NCBI GenBank assembly: GCA_964247055.1
Contig: OZ176057.1
Coordinates: forward strand, 3,162,001-3,226,000
DNA length: 64,000 nt
From: Paragordius varius
Taxonomy: Eukaryota; Animalia; Nematomorpha
Reading direction: 5' to 3'
Under the pieces are notes generated by a model. It was not told where the DNA came from and did not search any database. It saw only the letters and a program-made list of their open reading frames with translations. Positions 1 through 9,727 of this stretch are shown here, in pieces (positions within the stretch are counted from its first letter, which is position 1; every line of letters begins with the position of its first letter). Made by a program: the position numbers and the translations under genes.

Positions 1-1038
1 AAAAAAATGGCGGTAAATAACTTTAAGATGATGATTTTCTTACAATTTTACATTTTTTTAAAAAAATGGTGTAATGTTCCTAATATATAGACTAAAGAAA
101 GCATATATATATATATATATATAAATTCGGCTTAATAACTTGCACAATATTTAAAATATTCAAATTTTAAATCGCTTTGGGATATAAAACTACCCCAAAA
201 GGTAAGGAGTGTTTGCCATTTAATTAGTTTTGATGTACAAAAATTAAAACTAAAATAATCACATTTATGTTAAACTACTGCATAGATTTAAAACACATGC
301 CAGAGTATTTAAATCATTTTTTATGCCATATTTATTTCAAACATATATTTTTTTAATGTTACTATCTTTTGATTGCAAGATATGTTTATATGCTTTTCTT
401 CTGACTGGTATAATCTTTTTGGGCATCTATGTAAATTGTCACTTTTTCAAACGGTTAGTTCGGTTAACATTTTTAATTGCCTTAGAATCTTATGTAATTA
501 CAATATTCATTTTAATGGTTGCTTATTTCACACTATTGTTAGGCATTCTCTAACACAGTAGTGTATGGAAAAAAGACAACAAAATTTTGAATAAACATTT
601 TTTCCTATCTTTTTCCATACTACACTACTGTGTTGCAAATTGCCCAACTATAGTGTCAAATAAGCAACCATTAAAATGCATACACTAATGTAATTTTTTA
701 ATTTAGTATACAATTTTTTATACTAAATTAGAGCAAAAATTAAAATCATACCGACAAAACGTAAACTCAAAGGATAAATATTTTTTTGTAAAAAGGCAAC
801 AACCATACTTTCCAAACGTTTCATTTTCCTATATAATCTAGGCGGTTACAATAATTTAACATTGACAGTTTTCCACCAATTTACTTTTATCATCATTATT
901 TTGTAACTCAATTCGTCATATTTTAAATCATTTTATGTTTGAAATTATTTTTGTCATTTTCTATTAATACATTTTTTTACAATTTGATTTATACCATAAA
1001 TTTTAAACAAAAATAATATAATATAATTTTAAATTAAC

Positions 1039-1538
1039 TATACCATTTACGATTCAAATTCACCATTGAACAATTCGAATACCCTCGAACAATTCAAGTT
1101 CACCCTAAAATAAATTATGTGTTATTTAAAATTAAAAATTACCCATATTTTTTTATATTTTTATAACATGAAATCTCGTTTAAAATTAATATAATACTGA
1201 TAAAATAATAAACTATTCCATATAAATATATTTTATATTAATAATGAGTTATATTATCCCGAAAACATATAATTTATTTTTAAGGGGAATTTGAATTGTT
1301 CAAGGGTGAATTTGAATTGTTTGAGGGTGACTTTGTATTATTTAAGGGTGTTTGAATTGTTTGAGGGTGAATTTGAATTGTTCAAAGGTTAATATGAATT
1401 GTTTGAGGGTTAATTTAAATTGTTCCAGGGTGAATTTGAAATGTTTGAGGGTAAATTTGAATTGTCCAAGAGGGAATTCGAATTATTTAAGGGGGAATTT
1501 GCATTGTTCAAGGGTGAATTTAAATTGTAAATGGTATA
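1039..1538. mobile_element. MITE family A (foldback; ends TATACCATTTACAGTTCAAATTCACCC; 20-bp subterminal tandem repeats), expanded copy
   Basis: Inverted termini. The right arm has about 12 tandem units of GGGTGAATTTGAATTGTTCA. Confidence 0.85.
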
Positions 1539-2096
1539 TCTCATTTGCACTTCAAGAGTTTCCTTGTACACTCCAAGCTTTTTCAATCAAACCGTGCATT
1601 TATATATTTTTTTATTCTCTTGATAACCAAAAAATCAAAATCAACTTTTAATCATTCAAGAAACCGTGTATCTTTTATTCTTAAAATATATTAGTTTTTT
1701 TAGATTTTAAATGTAATAAAATATCAGTTTGGTTATTAATTACAATTTTTGTTGAAAATTCATAATTGAATATTATTGTTGGATTGGAAAAAAATTGATT
1801 ACAAAAAAGGGGCTTTTAAATGAAATAATTTAAAATGACATATATAACAAATCAAGAAAATTAGTTTAATTATTTATTTAATTAGTTTGGGCTTAAACAC
1901 AACAAAAATATAAATAATTAAATAAATGGCATGGAAAATTTTTGGTTAAATCAAAATATAAAATGATTAAGGACTAATTTGAAATGTTTAAAGACCAACT
2001 TGAATTATTCAAAGACCAACTTGAAATCAAGGACAAACTTATATTGTTCAAGGACACTCTTAAAATGCAAATGGTTTAAAACCTAATTTCCGTTTG

Positions 2097-2165
2097 TTAT
2101 TTTACTTTTTTTCGCATTACATGGATTTTGGTTTATATCCTTAAATTGTGTACTTACATGGCTTT
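2097..2165 (+). pseudogene. Decayed duplicate (pseudo-exon) of Rheb exon 2270-2352
   Basis: CGCATTAC-ATGGA..GTTTATATCCTTAAA..TACATGGCT versus CGCATTAG-ATGGA..GTTTATATCCTCAAA..TACATGGCT. The acceptor AG is changed to AC. Confidence 0.7.
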
Positions 2166-2269
2166 CCGTAAATTTTAAAAAATAAACGAAAGATAATAAA
2201 AAAACATATCATATACCCAATTTCTCTTTCTGTGCTTAATGATCTTTATTTTATTTTTTTACGCATTAG

Positions 2270-4458
2270 ATGGACCCTAGTTTATATCCTCAAAGCTGTT
2301 TTGTTAACATACATGGCTACCTTATAGTTTATTCTATCGCTAATTACGACAGGTAAATTCTTTATTTCAACGTATAATAGTTTTATGATAGCCTTATCAA
2401 CTTATGAACGGATTCAAAGGATGACTGGAAAATCTATGTAATGTATATTCAAATTTTATATGTGATTGGTATGGTTTAAAATATTTCATTGCATAAATTT
2501 TAAAATATATTTTGTCAGTTTTATGTATACATTGTTCGCAAATTTCGATTTTATACAAATAATATTTTTATATATTTACGTTTTTTTTTACACATCAAGA
2601 TAATATAGCAAAATTATGGGGAATATATATATATATATATATATTACATATCCATAAAATGTTTCCTTATTATTTTTTTGTAATTACTTCACATTAAATT
2701 TAAAAGGTCTTTTTCATATTTTTTTCAAATAAATTTGTAATATACACCACCCCGTCCAAATGACACCTGGGAATAACCAAATAATTTAAAACTATTGTAT
2801 GGAAATAGGAAAAATCTATGATAGCGCATTTGTTACAAGGATTTAAAAAATATAATTTTCGATCATTTGTCAAAATTGATCGATATTTGGTATTTTACAG
2901 AGCTTTTAAGAGTTTATTGGATTCGTCATTAAATGAAAAATCCTTATTATTATTATTATTATTTTTGCATTGGTTTTAAGTTAGTTTCTCAATATAAATA
3001 AAAGTTTCAATTTGAATTAATTAATTAATTATAAAACTTAAAAGATTTGTTGTAAAGTCATCAACAAACTAAAGTGCTAGAAGGGTAAGAACTATATATA
3101 GTTGAGATACTTTTAACTGTTTAATAAAAATTATATATTTGAACCTTAGTTAATTTTTTTATTAAATATGACTCTATTTTTATGCGTATATCGTTTTTTA
3201 AAACATATATTATATACCATTTGCAGTTCAAATTCACCCTCGAACAATTCAAATTTATCCTAAAATAAATTATGTTTTTAAATAAATTATGTAATAAAAT
3301 TTTTTTTTAAATGAAATTTTGTTTATTATTATAATAGTGAAATAATCAATTATGCCATAAAAATATATTTTATAAAAATATGATGAGTTATATTAGCCCG
3401 CAAACACATAATTTATTCTTAGGGTGAATTTGAATTGTTCAAGGGTAACAAATGGTATATATATATATATATATATATAACGTTACAAATTTCTATTAAT
3501 CAAACGCTATAATTGTTTTTCACTTAATAATCTATGATTAGAATTAGCAATACTCCATCCCTGTATAATTCGACCCCGAGTCTGACATACTTAAATTTGT
3601 CACCAAAAGCACCTTTGGAGAAAACTGACAAACCTCATGCTTCAGCAACGAAACCGCTTAAAAAATCTATCTCTAACATGAGAGAGCCCACCAAAACATC
3701 AGTTATAACTGAGACTACCAAACTTAAAAATCGGAATGTAAACCATTACGATATAACTGAGAGTGTAGGGATAGATGCATTACACCTAAACGAAATTTTT
3801 CCACAAAACAGGGCAGATGACGAAAAAAATATTTCCAATAATATATTTGATGTTAAAAAAACGCCAAAAACAAGCCAAAATATGATAAGCTCTAGTCAAA
3901 ATGCTTTACATGGGCTTATTGGTACGCCACAACAATCCGATTCTGTGATAAATTCGGCCTATAGGTTGATACTTTTTTTAATGCTATTTTATAAGTTTAA
4001 AGCCTGGGAATCAAGTATATTTTCCTAGTATTCCACGAATTTTATTTGTATACAGTAAAAAACGCAATTAGATGGGGTAAAAATTTTGGTGTTTGTAAAA
4101 ATATGTATAGGTAAAATATATTACAGTAAAAACTGAAATTATACGGACAAAATGTAAAAATATAAAGACAAATATTTTTTCTAAAATAAAACCATACTTT
4201 TTAAATCTTAATTTATTTCATTATAACTTATTATTAAAATTGGCAAAGTCTGAAATAGATATATATATATATATATATTACTAACAGAATCATTTCTAAA
4301 TTTTACAATTGTAACTAAATAGCTTATATAAGAAAAATAAGGTTTTAAAAAGTATGGTTGTCTTTTAGAAAAAAATTTTTGTCTTTATATTTTTACGTTT
4401 TGCCCGCATAATTTTAATTTTTACTGCAATTTATAACCAGCAATTAAAATATATTCAC

Positions 4459-4492
<34 letters not shown>

Positions 4493-4704
4493 ATTATTGT
4501 AGATTTTCGTTTAAACTTTAATTAATTATGAAAAATATGAAATTATAGTTTTAAATAAAACTTAACTTACTACACGGTTTTTAAGGAAGGATTTGTTAAA
4601 TTCCTTTCGTGAGAATAATATATTGTATTGATTCGGACATATTATAAAACGTTTTTGATGGAAATATCGTTTATTTTTTTATTTAATATAAAAATAATTT
4701 GTAA

Positions 4705-4745
<41 letters not shown>

Positions 4746-7700
4746 AAAATGGATTTTTAATATTAGTTTTATATACATTGTTACATACTGTAAATTTATA
4801 AGTCACAGAATCGATTTTACTATATAAAACTTCAACCAAACGCAACATTTTCCATTCATATGGAACTGAAATGTTGCATTTGTTTTAAAAATGTTGTGTT
4901 TGCTTGAAAAAATGTTGCTTTGTACTGAAAAAGGTAGATGCTTTTTTAGAGTTTTTCGCTAATATTATGTTTTTTTTATTTCTCAATAAAATATTTTTTT
5001 TCCCGACTAATTCAAAATCTAATTCTTTGTGCAATTTTTTTAATTAATATTAATGTTATTCCTCATTACAATATATTTTTTGTTATAACGTTTCTATAAA
5101 ACAAGCACTGTTTTGTAGAAATTTTACAATATTGGGTTTAATTTATATATATATAAATATATATAGAACACCGGTGGTTTTTGTTGGAAACAAATTGGAT
5201 CTGCTAGCTCAAAGGTATAACATAATTTTTTTACGATTATCAAAAATATTAAAATATGTGTCATTCAAAAATATTTTATTTACTCAATTAATTAGTTATA
5301 ATATAAAATATTTGATATAAAATGGCAAAAAACGCTAAATAAATATACCATTTACAATTCAAATTCATCCTTTAACAATTCAAATTCACCCCGAACAATA
5401 TAAATTGACCATTGAACTCAAATTAAAATTCACCCTAAAAATAAATTATGTGTTTTTGGGCTAATATAACTCATCATTAATATGAAATATCTATATGGCA
5501 TAGTTTAATATTAATTATGTTATTTTATTTTTAAACAATTTTTTTAAATATAAAATATATAAGTAATTTTTAATCGTAATAAACGCATATTTATTACATT
5601 TTAAATTTGAAATCTTCGAGGGGGAATTCGAATTGTTTGTGGGTTTTTGAAGTGTAAATAGTATATTTCATTTTTTAGAATTGTAAATCAATTAAATTTA
5701 AATTTACCTTTTAAAATCATAAAAGAACATTAAACACGTAAAAATTGACAAATGCATCATATCTTTATAAGATTAAAAAATATGAAACAATTTAATCAGT
5801 TTTTGGAATACATTTTTGAATAAAAACTAATTTACCAAGCGATATGCACCTATCTTTGAATATTTGCAATTTTTATTTTTATTAATTATCGATATACCAT
5901 TTTTTTTAATTTTCACAGGATTAATTTTACTTTTTTTGGGGTTTTAAAAAAATAAGTTTTCATCAGACTTAAAAGATTGACTACAATTTTGATTGACCAA
6001 TAACATATTGTTTTCCTCAACCAGGTCAAGTTGTTTAATGAGTTTTTTTACTCAATATACATAAAATTTTGCTGCAGAACAATTTTAATTATAGCGTTGA
6101 GGAGGTATTTAAGAATAGTGATGATTGGGTATATAGAAGATTTCATGATTATAACAAATATTGTAACAATCCCAACCCAATCATTAAATAAATGTATATG
6201 GCCAACAACTATACTGTGAAGCAGTTTTATAGAATAACATGAGATATGAATAAAGGCAGATTTGGGAATAAACTATCTGCCTTAGATCCCCACATAATTC
6301 CCTAGTTTGATGAAGTTATCTTAAAAATAGAGGCGTGAAATTTTTATGAATATTAATTTGATTTGAAAGACCCATGTAGGAGTTCCTAAAAGTGTAGAAA
6401 CTCTTTTTCTAAATCTTTTTTAATTATTGTTAGCTATTATGCCTTATCACTGTCCCGTTAATGATAAAACACATTCTAGTCTAAATAGTTTAAATTGGTT
6501 AGAGATGACAGGATACTTAGACAATATTATTGACACAATTACTAAAGGGCAGGATTATAAAAACTATTTTATGATTTAATATAATAAACGAAGGCCAATT
6601 TTAAATTACCTTTCCAAAAAATTAAATTAGTTGCCCAAATCACATATAAGAGGCAAGGATTAATTGTCCAATATACTCAAGTCTTGTATTTCATGGTTCA
6701 GGCAACAACTCCCACAAAAGCGAAATTTAATTTTTTGCTGCCATTGAATGATAGTATTCAAACCGCTGGTGGCATATCGACCTAAAACTGCTTTTTTGTC
6801 GCCCTAAACTCCTTGCTAAATTTTTTTAATATATTCATTTTGAGTATAAATATCAGCAAATGTGTCAAACATCTTAAATTTTTTTATTATTATACTAGCG
6901 TAAATCTCGTGCTGCTACGCAGCCTGAGGAAGTCCTTTGGACTTCTGCGAGGGGGGGGGTCATTTTTGATTTTATAAGGAATTTTGGTATGCGGCACGAA
7001 GTTTCAAAATGATTCACATAGTCTCATAAGTTTTCTTAAATTTGGCTCCAAAGGTAAGCTGTATCGATATGATGGCGCAGTTGTAGCCGGGTATCCCCTT
7101 ACCCAGAAGCCATTATAATGGAGTTAGATAAAAAAAATTTGCCTTTATACCTGGAATCAACGTTTATACCTATGGAAGAATGGCTCAAAACTAACATTTT
7201 TTAAAGGAGTAAAAGGCCTATTTAACAGATAATTCAAAAAATCTGCTCGAATTTTGACTTTTTACGGGTAATACTTTAAGCAGCTATTGAACTTATATGG
7301 CCTGATAGGTTTTCTGCAAATTAGCCCCAAAAGCACGCTATTTCGATATGACGGGTCAGTTTTTAGCGGCCAGCTCCTTACCCAGCAGCTATCATCAAAG
7401 AAACGCTTGACTACAATTTTTGACTTTTATCAGGGAATACGTGGAATCCATCCTGAATTTTTACGGTCCCACACCTAGGGCGAAAAATAGATTTAAAAAA
7501 TTATTTTTGGGGACATTGACGGGGGGAGCGGGTAAAAAGAAGGCCTAAATTAAAAAAGCGAGATGAGTATGTTCGGCGCAATCGATAATAAGTAAATTAA
7601 AATCATATTTGAAATTGAATGGACCAACACGTTTTCCAGAAAATGGTCTCAAAGACACGATTTTTGTGGACGTTTTTTTTGAAAAAAATGGCATTTTACG

Positions 7701-8743
7701 GGGATAGCGGGTAAGAGGGCCTAAATCAAAAAAGTGAGTCGACTATGTTCAGCGCGATCAAAAATAAGTGAACAAAAATCATATTTGAAATTAAATGGTC
7801 CAACACATTCTCCGGAAAATTGTATCAACCCGTTTTTCACACGGGGTAGGCCCGAACTGGGCCCCTAATTCCAAAAAGGGCGAAGCTATTGTCGGGACTT
7901 TTATTAATAATTATATTTTTTCGATATTCGGATTCGATTGGGTTCACCGGTTTTCCGGAAACAGATCACAAAGCCAGCATTTTTCATTTTTATAAATATA
8001 TAGATGTTGCATGCACGGCGTATAAGACAAAATAAATATTTTGCGGCCCTTTCAAATTTTTCGCTAAGTATGGTTATTACTGATCTAAAGTAAACTTTAT
8101 CGATATTATGACTCATGAGACATGATAATATTTTTTGTGAGTACCACCATGAATTATTTCATAGATCTTTCAAATAATAATTGACTACTTTTGGATGCCA
8201 ATGCCTCCAATATAGTATATTACAGCGCATGAGTTAAATAACTTTATTCTTTATCGCTTGAAACATTTATATATTTATTTAGTTTGTTTGCATTTTACCG
8301 TATACTATAAATGATTTAATTTAAATTTTTGAAATTACTATAATTACCTAGTTTGATTTACTTTTAAAATTTATTTTGTTTGATTTAACAAATTTATTTT
8401 AAAAATGTGATAATTTAGTTTAATAACGCATGCTTGATTGTATATACTATAATTGATCAGATACCGGGTTATTATTTTTTACCCTTCAAATAATAATGAA
8501 TGAACACAATATTAATATTTTTAATTTTATTAATATTGTGTTAGAACTGTTTCAAAGGAAATGGCTAAAAAGTCTAGCAATAATCTCAAAGTTCCACTCT
8601 ATGAAACATCTGCCAAAACAAACCATGTACTTTTAGTTAACTTAAATTTTTATTAGTTTTCATGTTTAATCCTACAATATTTTATTAATACAATTTTAAT
8701 AATACTTTTTTCAACAAGCATATTTTATATAATTTTTTGGATA

Positions 8744-8782
<39 letters not shown>

Positions 8783-9565
8783 ACACCGATTCTTCAAATT
8801 GATATTTTAAAAAACTAACAAAAACGGTTCTAATTAAAATTATTGCTTTTATCCTAATGAAAATTATATAAATAAGCTAAAATATCCTAATAACATTTAG
8901 TTTTGGAACTACTTGGACGCCATTTTTATTTTACAACATTTTTGCACAATATAGTGTTTATTTGATTCTTAGCCTAAAATTAATTAAGTTTTTTATTAAA
9001 ATCACGTTTAACATTTATATAAACAGAAAATGTGGTATATTTTGCATTATTTTTTTTATTTTGCTTATGCACACATGTCATCTTGATTAATTTTTACCTT
9101 TCAGTTAAGTAATATCTAGTATTTTTGAAATTTTTTAATATATTTCAGTTCTTTTAATGTTATAAAAGTTCAAACCTTTGCCATGTTTTTATTTCTTCCA
9201 TATTTTTAAAAATATTTAAATTTAAACAAGCCTCGGGTATCTAACTACCCCATTTTGAATCGAAGGACTGAAATGAATGCGTTATATCCAATTTTTAATA
9301 TATATGAACTAGCATTTGAGGTTTAATTGATGTTGGCTATTTTAAAAAAACCTATTATTTTAGTTTTAAAAATTAATTGATACTTATATCAAGATATAAT
9401 TCATTGTTATAGAATGTTTGTCATGTGTTTGAAGCCATTCTTTATGAGATTGAAAAACTTGAAATTATAAATCAAAACGTTTCCGATCAAAACGATACTG
9501 GCCAAAGTTATTCGAAGAAATCCATTTCATCATATAAAAAAGATAGCGCTTGTGCAATAAATTAA
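2270..9565 (+). CDS. Rheb: Rheb small GTPase, 5'-partial. Exons 2270-2352, 2381-2437, [candidate cassette 3542-3964], 5167-5214, 8545-8626, 9413-9565
   Basis: Spliced translation MDPSLYPQSCFVNIHGYLIVYSIANYDSFMIALSTYERIQRMTGKSITPVVFVGNKLDLLAQRTVSKEMAKKSSNNLKVPLYETSAKTNHNVCHVFEAILYEIEK...SACAIN*. It has G4 NKxD, G5 ETSAK and a C-terminal CaaX. All introns are GT-AG with consistent phases. Exon sizes 83/57/48/82 equal human RHEB exons 4-7 as I recall them. Exons 1-3 (G1-G3) were not found in the window. Confidence 0.9.
3213..3459. mobile_element. MITE family A
   Basis: TATACCATTTGCAGTTC...AAATGGTATA termini. Confidence 0.8.
3542..3964 (+). CDS. Rheb: Candidate in-frame 423-bp cassette exon of Rheb (141 aa, S/T/N/K-rich)
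   Basis: Lies within ORF 3534-4028. AG at 3540-3541 and GT at 3965-3966 give a phase 2 to phase 2 exon. It joins exon 2381-2437 (..GKS I ISNTPS..) to exon 5167-5214 (..SAY R TPVVFVGNK) without frameshift. Confidence 0.55.
4124..4426. mobile_element. MITE family C
   Basis: TA|CAGTAAAAACTGAAATTATACGGAC...TTTTTACTG termini. Confidence 0.8.
5344..5665. mobile_element. MITE family A
   Basis: Same termini and internal sequence as other A copies. Confidence 0.8.
6895..8004 (-). mobile_element. Non-autonomous Helitron, copy 1 (Rheb intron)
   Basis: The minus strand starts TCTATATATTTATAAAAA and ends in a GCTGC-GTA-GCAGC hairpin followed 13 nt later by CTAG. Inserted in an A|T target with no TSD. 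Similar to 14731-16080. Confidence 0.85.
8783..9297 (+). mobile_element. MITE family B, decayed
   Basis: Internal homology and right-end motif TTTGAATCGAAGGACTGAAATGAATG. Confidence 0.65.
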
Positions 9566-9727
9566 ATTTGATGTGCTCGGAAAAATTAAAGCTCAATGAA
9601 GTTTTAGGGGTTATTGTTGTCGCGAAAAAAAATTGATGTGATATGTAAATATTTTATGGAATAAGTCGCCAAAAAAATTTATGTGATATGTAAATATTTT
9701 ATGGAATAAATATATTTTTTATATTTT

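Noticed and set aside
842-905. Candidate upstream Rheb exon (G2/G3 region)
   Set aside because: The only open frame lacks DTAG or effector-loop similarity. Exons 1-3 are probably outside the window.
1284-1651. CRISPR-like array / repetitive protein ORF 1352-1651 (MNCLRVNLNC repeats)
   Set aside because: Head-to-tail 20-bp units with no unique spacers, inside a MITE arm in eukaryotic DNA. The ORF is just the translated repeat.
3534-4028. Stand-alone nested GPI-anchored or mucin-like gene
   Set aside because: There is no signal peptide, and phase-matched splice sites fit a Rheb cassette exon better. Not fully excluded.
7287-7995. ORFs inside Helitron copies (also 15494-15712 and 15866-16084)
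   Set aside because: No HUH Rep or helicase motifs; these are chance ORFs in slightly GC-richer repeat DNA.
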